Origin: Selaginella moellendorffii
Lineage: Eukaryota > Plantae > Lycopodiophyta
Assembly (NCBI RefSeq): GCF_000143415.4
Contig: NW_003314295.1
Location: 1,597,950-1,661,949 of the forward strand
Direction of reading: 5' to 3'
Length of the DNA: 64,000 nucleotides
Numbering within the stretch: the stretch's first letter is position 1; each line of letters opens with the position of its first letter. Below, one piece after another: positions 47,510 to 61,345 of the stretch. The translations under genes and the position numbers were made by a program. The notes below the pieces were generated by a model, which was not told the DNA's origin, did no database searches, and was given only the letters and a program-made list of their open reading frames with translations.

Positions 47510-48479
47510 CATCACAGCAGGATGTAAATATCTCAACATAGGTACGTCAGAGAGTTCCAAGGCCGAGTTTTCTGATCAAGTTTCCTTCGGTTCAGGATTT
47601 TATCGTGATGCCGTGGTCGAGCGAGGAAGTTTGGATCAGAAAACAGAAAAGAACTAAGTTATACCCAGCTTTTCAACCGAAATACGGGTATGTAGCAAAG
47701 AATTTACATAATGGCAACTCCATTCATGGGATTACACCCAGGAACCAACAGTATCGCTCTTCTTTCTCCTAGTCAGCAGGAGTCTGGATTTGCAGTCGGA
47801 TAGTATATAGAATGCCATTTGCAAGAAGCTCAGTAGCCTGCGTAGCAACAATGAAGAAAGCTACTATTGAGCCAGCAGCCCGAGTGTCACGCACATTGGC
47901 GGAGTTCTTGAACCCTGCAAGCTACAATCTGGCGCTTGCTGGAAGGATACAAGGACCGTGGCCATGCTAAAAAAGTGCGAAGCTTTTGCTTTCACTCGCC
48001 GTTTCCTTCTCGAGCGTCTGAGTTACCTTCTGCTGGTCCGACTCTGCTGAGCAGCCAAGCGGTGATTGGATTTGAGGGAGAGCATGCCTGATGAACAAAC
48101 TTGAGCAGGATTCTGCAGCAAGGCTGGCGCATCCCACTCTCAACCAGCATGGCCACCTTCAATCCACAGGAAAGGTTTCTGTACATGGCCGGTGCAATCT
48201 GCAGAGCAGCTGGACAGATCAGTAACAGGCCCTAGGAGCGAAAAGTCGGCTCCAAAGCGGAAACTGTTTTCACACTCGACAAAGATTGCACACATCAACA
48301 AAAAGTTAAGACCTCAAATAAATGCAAGGATCATATTGTTTAGAGGAACACTTCCTTTACCGACGTGGAATCTGGGCATATTAAATCAACACCAACACGG
48401 GAGTGACTCTGGAAATGGAAAGTTCAAACTTTATTCTTCTAAAAGTTAGTTAGACCTAAGTTTTTACCTAAGGTTTGTC

Positions 48480-49110
48480 TGACACTTGATCACAACCTCT
48501 TTACCTCACACAAGATTCCCCATCACATCAAACACCATCTTTGCCTCCATTTGGAGTAAGCATTGTAATACCTGCATTTAAACTCTTCTTGCAAAGATGC
48601 ATCGACAACACCTCTTGCAGTTACCAGCTTTGCGGTGATCATGGAGTCCGCGTGATTTCAAAAAACACCTCTGCATTATCGACTGCGAAGAGTGACCGCA
48701 TGGAATTCCAGGAAGCCAGGTTCTTTTCTTGCGAATCATCAAATATATTCCTAACATTCTCGATAATTGTGTTCCACGAACCACATCATTCCATCAAAAA
48801 ACCACCCCACCACTTCTATGTCCTCATTGAAAGAATCTCCGGCACCTGAAACCAAATACCTCTTCTCCCTAACATCAGTTTTCCACGATCAAAAGAGCTA
48901 GATCCTTCTTCCGCATCGATCAAAAGAACGCGATTTAACATGGCACTTCACAAAACCAAGCCCGTAAATCTCCTTCCAAATGCCCGTTCTTGGCATAAGC
49001 CGAGAGCATCAAGTTCGAAGTGGGGGATCACACCATCGAAGACTGAGCGAGCATCTCCAATTTGGATGGGAAGAGTTGAGAGATAAGTGGATCTGCTTGG
49101 CTTGAGGAAG
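48480..49110 (-). pseudogene. Highly degenerate PPR remnant
   Basis: GDARSVFDG, MLSAYAKNGHLE and NIFDDSQEKNLASWNSM-like fragments in shifting frames with stops. Confidence 0.55.
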
Positions 49111-50154
49111 AGACGCATTCTTGCAGGCTCAGCGCTGCCGAATGCGAGCGAGGATAGCATTTCGCACCGACAAACAAATCTTCTGTTAGCATCCCAGGAA
49201 CTAAAATGCCTCAACTTACATGGAGAGAAAAAAAAAAAGGCTTTTCCCTCGAGACTATATCACGGCCGGATCTTGTGTCACGAAAGGGTTGGCGATTTCT
49301 TCGGTACCATCGGTTGGAGCGACGAGCATCACCGCAGTACCTCTACAAACCTGAGAAAGAAGAAAGCCAAAACCATCAAAGTTTTCGCTCTCGAGTAAGA
49401 AAACTTACCACTAGGCCGAGAGCTCTGGTTTGATCCGTTGTCTTCAATGGATCATCGTGATCTATTGACAGAAAAGTTTAGCTCCTTCCAGAGCAAATTC
49501 CAGACTCATACCTCTCAAGTACTCGACTGCCTCATCCAGGACGAGATTGAGTAGCTGGTCATAGCCTTTCAAGGTCCCGATCACTGCTCCATTCCACGAT
49601 TTCAAGCAAAATCCACCCGAGACTGCATTTCATACCTTGGCGCCCGCCACTGAGTTTGACGCACACGCCCTTGTCGATGAACTTGGCCAAATCGAGCACA
49701 GTCTCCTTGCGATTCGACTGCAGGAACGAGAGATTCACACAGGGGTGAGTGGAAATCCGCGACGATCTTCCATGGAGTGGAGCTCACCATGTCTCTTCTA
49801 AAACCCTATCTTGCCCTAAATTCCCCGATTTAAAAACTTTGCCCTGAAAGAGGGGACGCGAGCTCGAATCCCGGGAACTCTCGCGCCTGTCTGTTGCAAC
49901 TCCCGCGGCATGCCGGCCGAGCTTCACCACTTTCGCGCGAGAATTTCTTGGGCGAGGAGGAAGAAGAAGAGAAATGGGCGTTTCTGGAATTCTCAGCTAT
50001 CTCGAATACGCGCTTCTCCACAAGATTTTCGTCATGAAAATCTTTGGGTGAGTGCTTTTGATCGATAGATTGATGAGAATCCATCGAAGGGAAACAATGC
50101 GCTGAGCGAGAGAAGGGAAATTCTTGCAGGAGGCACGTACGATCGGAGCAAGCC

Positions 50155-50710
50155 ATGGCTGAGGCTTCGGATCTGTCGCCCATATCTCTCACGCTCAATG
50201 ACTACCGCGTCACGCTCGACAATGGGCAATGGACTTCGGGTAAGCTCTAGAGAAAATCCTCTCTTTTCGATCGATTCTCCTCCTTGTTCTCTAGATTACC
50301 CCGACGATGGGAGGACCGATCACGCGCCCCCATCGGGTGCCATGGAGAAAGAAGTCATTCGCTTGCGGAACGATAAGCGAAGATTGGTATGGCATTCCCG
50401 CGAAAAGAAAGTGGTGTTTTTCACTCTCGATCTCCACTGAAAGATGCGAGACCTCGAGAAATTCAAGCGCCAAGCTCGCGAGATGGACGAGCTCAAGGAG
50501 CGATGGAGCAATCTGGATTTCAAGTACCAGCTTCTCATGGACATGGTACAATCAAAACTTCCAGAATTCTCTCAAGAGCAAAGCTATGATTCTTCCCAAA
50601 TCTCTCTCCAGTGGACGCTGAAGCAGCTCGATACCGAGAAGCAAGAATCCTCGCGAGCGCACAGCCCCACATCCAACAAGAACTCTCCTCGCGCTGGAAC
50701 ACCACCCTAG
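50155..50710 (+). CDS. Chibby-like (CBY1) coiled-coil protein, 4 exons (50155-50239, 50295-50386, 50444-50545, 50612-50710), ~125 aa
   Basis: Spliced PISLTLNDYRVTLDNGQWTS...EKEVIRLRNDKRRL...NLDFKYQLLMDMWT resembles the Chibby ENGQW and LKVDILLDML motifs; GT-AG introns in phase. Confidence 0.6.
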
Positions 50711-50792
50711 AACTCGGCTCTTCGTCCCCGCATTTAAAATTAGGCCAATGCTCTGTTTTTAGGGCAAGCCTAGGTTTGTGTGATTCTCGGCT

Positions 50793-52064
50793 ATGGCGCC
50801 TCCAGCGCTGAGGCTGCCGCGCCATTCCTCCGGCGACGACTCCAAATGCAGGCCCGCGCTGCTGCTCATCGCGGTCTCGGCATGCGCCGCCATCGCGACT
50901 TACTTCGCGCTGTCGCCACTCTTCCAGCCGGATCAGGGCGCGATCTCGTCGGATTCCAGCGACGGCCGCTCCGCCAGGCACCTCGTGGCGATCCGCGAGG
51001 AGAAGGCGGCGTGCTGCCGCGGGATCGAGCACCAGGAGCTGTGGGGATCGGTGGTCCAGTGGGGGACGAGCAATAAGGTGAATTCCTCAACCGCGTGCTG
51101 CCAGGCTTGCAAGGCCGCGCAGTGTAATTCCTGGGTGTATTGCGGGGATCGAGTGAAATGCGGGCCAAATTTTGGAGAGGTAGTATAAAGTTGACTCCTT
51201 CCTTGTCCGAGCGTGTTCTTTCTCATCTGTTTTCATTCTCTCCACAGTGCTGGCTAAAGAACCAGGAGGATCCTCTCTCCCCCGACGTCCAGGATTCTAG
51301 CAAGGACGTCTACTGGACTTCTGGGCTTGTCTATGCGAAGAATGTGGTAAGCTCTAGCTAGATTTCGATTTGGACACTGACAGTCTTGCTAAAGTAAGAT
51401 CTTCTCCTTGTTTTTGACAGGGTCTCGTGCAGCTAGAGACCGAATATGGAGCGATCAGGCTCCAGGTAAGAAGAGAAGTTTAAGTTTGAGCTAAGTTGAG
51501 AAAGAAAACACTTCCTTCACAGCTTCTTCCAGACTGCGCTCCACTTTCAGTCGCGTTTGTGATCGAGCTCTTGAAGTTGCGGCACTGCGCAGGTTGTAAC
51601 ATCTACCGAGCTGAGACCCGCGGGAATTCATGGGATGAGGAAGGAAATCCCACAGCGAAGGTAAGAGTTGCACATTCTTTTCAAATTTATGCTCTATGTT
51701 TCTCATGTGTTCTTGTTTTCTTTCTTAGAACTTGAGAGGACCTCCTCACGCTATTTTACAAGGCACTCTAGAGGCCGAGGGCCTCGGCTTCAAGGAACTC
51801 CCCAGAGAAGCTTGTCCGATGATCCGCAGGGGTATGGTAGGATGGATCGAAGGAGGCCCCGATTTTTTCATCAGCCTCGCAAACCATGACGATTGGTACC
51901 CGAAACACACAGTTTTTGCCAACGTTCTTCCAGACGACCTTCCTCTAGTTGAGAAGCTCGCGAGCTTGCCAACGTCAAAGACCATCTGGAGCGGGATTGA
52001 TGTCGCTGTGCTGAAGAAGCCGATCAGCTTGAAATTAACGAGGGCGAGCGTTGCATCGTCCTGA
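50793..52064 (+). CDS. Membrane-anchored protein with PAN/apple-like domain and cyclophilin-like domain
   Basis: N-terminal TM, CCQACK...CNSWVYC...CWLK PAN pattern, ETEYGAIRL...GMVGWIEGGPDFFISLANHDDW cyclophilin-like. Confidence 0.8.
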
Positions 52065-52103
52065 CTTTCAGTTCTATTTTTTTTTCCTTGTTCTCCCATA
52101 ACA

Positions 52104-54115
52104 TCACGCTGCTGCTTCCAGATTCACGGCAGAAGTCGCAGGTTTACTTCCAAACAGGCTGGTGAATAGTTTTGTAGCCATAGGTGGTAGTACCATCGGT
52201 TCAGGAACCATGAAATTTACCAGTGGCTCATGGACAGTGTATCTACACAAAAAATCAAAGTTTGAGATGACCAAAGTGAGAAACCAAACTCTCTCGCTTG
52301 CCTTGTCTTTCGGCCTTTAGAAGCGCGACGATCTACGTTTTTCCTTTTCTTGCTCCGGAGCTTTCGAACTGCGTCATGGTCTACACAAGGTACAAGCACA
52401 ATCAGAACATTCTCACTAGAGAAAAAGCTTCTTACCGAGGCCAGTGGGATTTGAAGACTCGAGAAATTCACGTAAAAGCTGCTGATAGAACTCGGAATCA
52501 TCAAACACCTTAGTTTCATTAGTCTTTGCTTCCATATCGTTTGTGTCCGTCTGGAAAAAGTTGATAAGCCTACAAGACTGTAAAGAACGAGCAAAGATGA
52601 AAAACCTGTGTTTTCAAAGGTTCGGAGCGCATCATTCTTGCTATGAAACGCGGCGTGTCCTTCATTGCTGCTGCTACTTGTTGTGAAATACTCTGTAAAG
52701 ACGTAAAAGGCCGTGTGAATAAAAAAATACAAAAAGCCAGAACGTTTAAACCTGATTGAAAGCTTTTAACTTCGATCGCGATGCCGCAGCGCCTGAAGAT
52801 ATTTGAGTCTTTCTGTGCCATCTATCGACCGTACGATCTCTATACGGAATAAGCCTGCAATACATGTCTAGTGTCATCAGCTCGTAAAGCAAGAGCTCAA
52901 TTACCTTGAATACGAGTTGCTTAATCTTTGCCAAGCTGAGTCCAGGCTATCTGAGACGCTATGGGTTTCCTGTTCCACGTCCGAATCTGTAACAAGATAA
53001 GTTAATCTGCTCACCGTAAAAGAAAAATAATTCGAAACCTTTTCTGTAAGCATCGAGTGCCTCCCGGTTTTGTTCCAGCAATGCCTGCAGGACCACAATT
53101 TAAGCGCTAGAAAAGAAGCATCAACCATCACTATACCTTTTCTAGATCCAGAAGCGAATCAAGGGTCTGCAAGGCCGCCGCTTTCAGCGTTTGTTGTGCT
53201 TCGCTTGGGCTCGACGCTTCCTCCTGTCAAGCTTCCTTTCATACCATAAAAAGAAATACGGAAAAAGAAGCGTCACCTGTGGTAGCAGATTGGATCCTGC
53301 AACTATCTTCTGCAACGCAATTCGCATATGCAAAGCGCTGCCCCACAATTCCTGCCAGGCCATTTCTCTTGAAATCATCCCATTGTCAAAATCATGACAC
53401 ATACCATCTGGTTTTTCACTGCTCGGCCTTTCCGTATATCCACATCATTCTGTCCTCTCAAGCTCTTCAACATCTCTCTGAAAGGACGTAAAAGAACACC
53501 AAACGTGGTTAAAGGACGAAGGATGACGATACGACGCACTCACTGTTCTTCTTTATTAAGATCTTCGTATTCCTTGTTGACGGCTTCAAAATCGTCATCA
53601 AGAACCTGCTCCAACATCAAAGCTCAAAAGATTGGCGTTAGAGGTGCAAAAAAACTAAATCACATTCCTTACGTTCTTTTCTACTTGTTTTTCGTCGTCG
53701 TCCTCCTCCTCGCTGAAAGCTGGTTGTAGATCATCCCGATCGTGAAAATCGTCGTCACTGATCCCATCAAAAGCATTCTTTCTGCTGCTCTTGCGACCGG
53801 AATACTCCTTCCCTTCAAGTGATATATCTGGCCTCAACCGGAGCCTTCCATCCCTGAAAACGAGAGAAAAGAAAAGAGTGATCGTCGGAAAAAAAACTCA
53901 TTGTCCTATCACTCACGACTTCGAAAAGGTTTCCACTTCATCCGGGCCATCAGAGCTTTGCTCCTGGAGCAAATGCTGCGTCTCTTGCCCGAATCCCGCC
54001 TCCTCATCTACAAACTCCAGTCACAAACACCGCATTCTTCCAAGAATCACGTACCGTCCCAGGAATCCTCGTCCGAATCCGATGCCACGGCCTTCGCCTT
54101 GGCCTTCGCAGGCAT
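52104..54115 (-). CDS. AATF: AATF/BFR2 (TRAUB) rRNA-processing protein, multi-exon
   Basis: Acidic N-terminus, YRDRTVDRWHRKT, KAFNQ, KNVDRRASKGRK, HEPLVNFMVP...LFTSLFG. Confidence 0.88.
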
Positions 54116-54164
54116 CGCGCGATAAACCCTAACCCTAATTTTTGCAAAACAAAAAACCCTGTTA

Positions 54165-54248
54165 AGTGAAAACGATTCGAACCCGCGCAAAAGTAAAAGC
54201 TTGTCAGATTTCCAGTCTGATGCTCTATCCAATTCAACCTCAACGAGA
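54165..54248 (-). pseudogene. tRNA-like element 1 (anticodon GGA)
   Basis: TTGGATAGAGCA TCAGA CTGGAAA TCTGA ... GGTTCGAATC; T and acceptor stems not canonical. Confidence 0.55.
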
Positions 54249-54334
54249 TCCCTGACACAGCATGCCAGAAATCTCTAATGCTTTTTCCCCCCTCCACCAT
54301 ATAATTTTAAAAGAATATCTGATCCATGGGACAC

Positions 54335-54422
54335 AGCCACTGCCGGGTTTCGAACCTGAGAAAAAGATATAGCCACCAGATTTCCAGTCTGGTGCTCTAT
54401 CCAACTAAGCCTCGGTGTGGTC
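54335..54422 (-). pseudogene. tRNA-like element 2 (anticodon GGA)
   Basis: GCTTAGTTGGATAGAGCA CCAGA CTGGAAA TCTGG ... TTTTTCTCAGGTTCGAAACC. Confidence 0.6.
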
Positions 54423-54464
54423 CTTTGTTCTATATCTTTCACACGTTTATAATATGGTGTGTAC

Positions 54465-54552
54465 TCGTAGCTGCGATTCGAACCTGGAAAAAGGAAATGC
54501 AGGTCAGATTTTCAGTCTGATGCTCTATCCAACTCCACTCCAATGTGGCCCC
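54465..54552 (-). pseudogene. tRNA-like element 3 (anticodon GAA)
   Basis: AGTTGGATAGAGCA TCAGA CTGAAAA TCTGA ... TTTTTCCAGGTTCGAATC. Confidence 0.55.
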
Positions 54553-54648
54553 TTGATATTATGTTTCTGTACTCCATGTATATGTTGAAATCATATTTTT
54601 CTTTGTACCATACAATGATTTGAAATGCACAAACCATTGACATGGTTT

Positions 54649-54730
54649 GAGTGAGTGAAGCTTCGGCTGAGATGTCAGACTTAAAATCTGCCAGAACCTT
54701 TTGTTTCAGGTTCAAGTCCCTCTCTCTCTC
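54649..54730 (+). pseudogene. tRNA-like element 4 (anticodon TAA), opposite strand
   Basis: CAGA CTTAAAA TCTG ... TTTTGTTTCAGGTTCAAGTCCCTC. Confidence 0.45.
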
Positions 54731-55781
54731 TCTTTCTCTCTTTTGTGTCAGGCCTCTTTTTGACTCGAGTTCGAAACTCTTTTACAGCTATACACCTGTA
54801 AAGAATTGCCACTATTTTGTTTGGCTACACCTTTTGTTTGGTTACTACCAGTTAAAGGCTGGCCCCAAGGATGTGATTTTGAGTTTTTGGTCCAAAATAT
54901 TGAAACATTATTAAATAAATAGAAATTGGATGTTGTTGAAACTTGGCACCAAGAAGCAATCGTTCTCACTATTACTTCAATCTCCAAACCAGAATATCAT
55001 TTCCATCCCAAAATCATTCAAATATATGCCCGCTTAATACTGCATTGCCCTGAATCCTGAATAGCCACACAGGGATATTTTCTGGAGAAAACGATTGACC
55101 TCGACCCGACGTTTCGATATACCACCCCGATTTTTCGGTCCCCATATCCGATTTACTGCTAAACAATGCCACTAGGCAAGATGACATAAGCCGATTCCGA
55201 TATAAATTATAGACGTATATCAGGAGTATACGGGTGGCCAGCTTTTAGGAAATAAATTCTTTTTAAAAAAACAAGAAAATAACAGGTCGTTTGCTAAGAG
55301 GTGACAACCCAATAACTGGTACAAGAGATCCAACCAGGAAGAAGGCAAAGCGGCACTCTAATAAGCAAGGGGATGGATTCCCCTAAACAAATACTAAATA
55401 CAAAGATCCAATGTTCAATGCGCAGCCCATTTACAAGTTGATACTTGACAGTAAACTTGTGTGAGTTTGTGGAGATCTTTCTGGCTTCTGTGTCACTTTG
55501 TTCTTGGTACGACTCGAGCAAGAACCAAAGCCAGTAGTCACTTATTGATGCCATAAGCAACAACAGCAAGGAGATATTCCTTAGATAGTGGATGGAGCGT
55601 CAAGTACCTTACTTATCAGCAATCCAATCAATCAATCAATTAAGCCCTTCATATATTCAACGAGACAAAAAAGGTTAAAAAAATAAAAACATATTGTATT
55701 TTCATATAAAACTGGTTCTCATAGCTTTAGAAATTTTCCTGGCTGCTGTACAACAATGAAAAATAATAAATTCTGAAGAGG

Positions 55782-57978
<2,197 letters not shown>

Positions 57979-60900
57979 TGAAATTCCCTCTCTTTCCTCT
58001 TGTTCGGAGTGCAGATTATCCTCCCCAAAGAGAAAAGGATCCCACCCTCTTATAGGAAGACTTGTTCTTGCATGACAAACCTTTTGCTGGTAGGCTAAGG
58101 ACTCACAACAAGAACACACAGCCCAATACCAACACCAATAGCAACTTGCTAGCTTGTTGGTAGATGCTGCAGCAACATCAGTGGCAAAAAAAAAACAGGA
58201 AAGAGAGAGAGAGAGAGAGAAATAAGGGAAAACAAAGGTAAAACTCCTCCTTGGGATCAATCCCCTGAAAAAAGAAAGGAAAGATCCCAATCCCAAACAG
58301 GAGGAGGAGGAGGAGAGGAGAACACTTGGTGTTTGAAACAAGCAGTGTATATACCTATATGCATATATATATATAAGTGAACACTCACACACCCCTCCTC
58401 CATTACCATGGGGGAGGATACCAGTTGAATCAACTAACAACCTAACAAAAGCAGTTGAGTAACTCGTCCCTTGCTCTGGTAACAACAATTATCCCTTTAG
58501 TTGGATTTGGGTTGGAAAAAACAAAAAGAGGAATTTAAAGAAAATGGATAAAATAACCAAAAAAATATCATTTATGTAACGATAATGTAAAAACGTGAAT
58601 TTCCCGGGTATTGGGACACAAAACAGCAACAAGGCAGCAGTGCTGCAGCAGTTACAGCTGCCACTCTGCATTGGCAACGATAACAACAGAACAGGCTTTG
58701 CGAAAGAGACGAGATAACGATAATGTCAAGTGAGGATTTTTGTGGCGGATAGTGGGGCAGGATATAACCCCTCCCCTCTGCAGAGGAGGAATTATCAAAA
58801 ACCTCCCCTGCAGCACGTGGATCTTGCGCAAAGCTGCGAGGGTTTGCGAGAGGGTTAATTCATGGTACGTGGAAGAGGTGGTGAGTGTATTGCCACGCCT
58901 TTCAACCTGGGCGAAATCTTTCCCAGAAAAGTGTAGCGTGGTGGCAAGCAACGCATGGAATGCATTTCTCGTAATAAAATACGAACAGAATAAATTGTGG
59001 TGAATGTTTGGCGGGTGAATTCTTCTCTCGGAGCTTCTTTTGTCTTGGAGTGGGTCGTATTGTTTCCTTTTTCTTGTCTACCACCTTTCCCCCTTGTTCT
59101 TGTTCTTCTTCTGCTTCCCCCTTCTTGGTTTGCGGAGGAGAGAGCTTGATTGGATTGATTGGTGGGTGGCGGTGTGGTGGCAGTACGTCTACGCGCCGCC
59201 GAATGCCTTCCTTGCAGTGATCTCATCCCTGCAAACGTCACGAAACAACGCGATGCAAGCGACCAATTGCCCAAAAAGAGAAAGAAAAGATCCCACAGAT
59301 TCGAAAGCCCGAAAAACTAACTCTCTTTCTTTTCCTTTACATAGCAAAGAACTTTGGCCCCGGGCGGCGGCGGAGGGAACAAATTTCCACAACCTTTTCA
59401 CGTGAAAGAAATCTCGCCTCATTGTAGAGCGAGTCCTGCGTAAACAAAACGAAATATTTTATGCTCTGATTCGAATCCGTGGAGATAACGTAGATTATTG
59501 CTGGCTGTGCATGGCTAGGAATTACAGCTCTTCATGTCTCTCCGCTGTAGTTGACTGGGGTAACACAGCGTTGCATGCGCGACACAAGACCATCAAAGTC
59601 TAAACCAAATCAAATAAAAACTCCATCAAGCACCAAGGACAGGGATCGAACGAAATGCCGCAAAATTCCCTATGTGCCTACCTCGAGCTATGGATGATCA
59701 TCGTTTTAACTTCTCGATGCTCTGCTCGATCGATGTTGCCGTGTCGTGTCCCTTGCCTGGAAACAGGAAGTGGAAAGCGGACAAATGCAGGATCCCAGCG
59801 CAGATCTCATTTGTTCAGACATGAGATCACCATATCCTCCTCATATCTTCCACGCAATTAGGAGGACAAAACGCAGAGGGGACCCAACCAATGACCATTT
59901 GCCAAGGCGGGCACGCAGACGACAAGGCGTGCTTCCACAATACCACCCCATACACACGCCAACGATCGTCCTTTTCCATTATTTCTTTCTCATTCTTCCA
60001 TCCTCTTATACGATGTTACGAACAAGACGCCTTTGCTTTTGTGGCATGGACAACGAGTATAATGAGAGGAGAGGTCCGGGTTTATTTGACTTGCGTGCAA
60101 GGAACATTCCTGTGGGGTGTGTGTCACTCTGGTCAAAGTCTAAGATCCCCTGTTCGAGCACTTACTCTTCCCTAAAGTTCCAGAGATTTTGCATGTAACC
60201 ACAGCAAAAAGTTTTAAAAAACATGGTCTTGTGTGTGTGGATGGCATTTATGCGCAGGAGGACGCAAGAAAAGCAGGCCATGCTTCTTTGTTCTTTGCTT
60301 TTTACTATTCAAATATTTGTTCCTGGGAACATCTGCATACCTCACCTATTGATTGGATGAATGAATTGTTTGGGACTCAAGTTGGCCCCCCAGTGAATAA
60401 TGTCCAAGGTCAATGTTTCGAAGATACCACCAGTCAACGAGAGAAAAAGAAAAAAAGGAACTGGTATGGTTTACTAGTGCATAGTGAGGTGGCCTTTTTA
60501 GCAGCGAAGGCCAGGAGCCAGTCAATGGTCTCCACGTGAATGCCCTCTGTTGGTGCTGGTGGTACACACAATAAGGAACAACCAGAAACTGGGCATCAAA
60601 GGCGCCACCACCTTTCTTTTCTTCTTTCTTATCTCCGTAACTAGAATGATGAATATGCCCGTCTCCCAATTTTGAGAGAGATAGTTTGCTGTTGGCTGGC
60701 TCTGTGTGTTTGCCAAGAGACAGGACACGCAAACAAACGCCCAGCACACATACGCATGAACATGAGCGGATTTTCGTTTCTAGATTTCCTTTATCTCTTT
60801 GTTTTGTTTGGCTTTGTTTTTAGTCTCCGTTGTCTATGAGGTACTATCCCCAGGACGATTGCATGAAAAGGAGAGATTGGGGTGGCTCCATCCAAGCCCA

Positions 60901-61345
60901 GAAGTTTGGACTAGTCCTACTACTACTACTACCTAGGACTTCTTTCAGGGGCATCGAGCAAATGTGTATGAGCTGTTTCGCCATGACTTGTTGGCTCCCA
61001 GTGAAGAATACGATGTCACCACTTTATATATTGTGTTGGGCAGCGCAGCGCAGAAGGCCAGAAGGCCAGCACAACAGTAACAGCAACAGCTTTTGCCCTC
61101 TCCTTCTTCCCCCGCCGCCACCCAAAAACCCAAAGGACAAAGGATACCAAGGGATCTGATATTGAGGTTTGCGCATTTTCATAGCTTGATTTGCCATGGT
61201 TTGTTTCCATCAGACTCAAGTGCTTAAAATAACAAAACCAGTTAATTGGTACCCCTTAACGGTACTTGGTAATAATTGTGCTTTAATCGGAGCCCTAAAA
61301 GGTTAAAACCCTAGGTACCTTGCCTTAAACCCTAGCTACACAGCG

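Noticed and set aside
47830-48450. Short ORFs downstream of HESO1 (also 49200-49790)
   Set aside because: Stops in all frames and no recognisable family; cannot be supported as genes.
54165-54552. Functional tRNA-Ser/Phe genes
   Set aside because: Acceptor and T stems do not pair properly, U8 is missing and internal T-runs are present; reported as tRNA-like instead.
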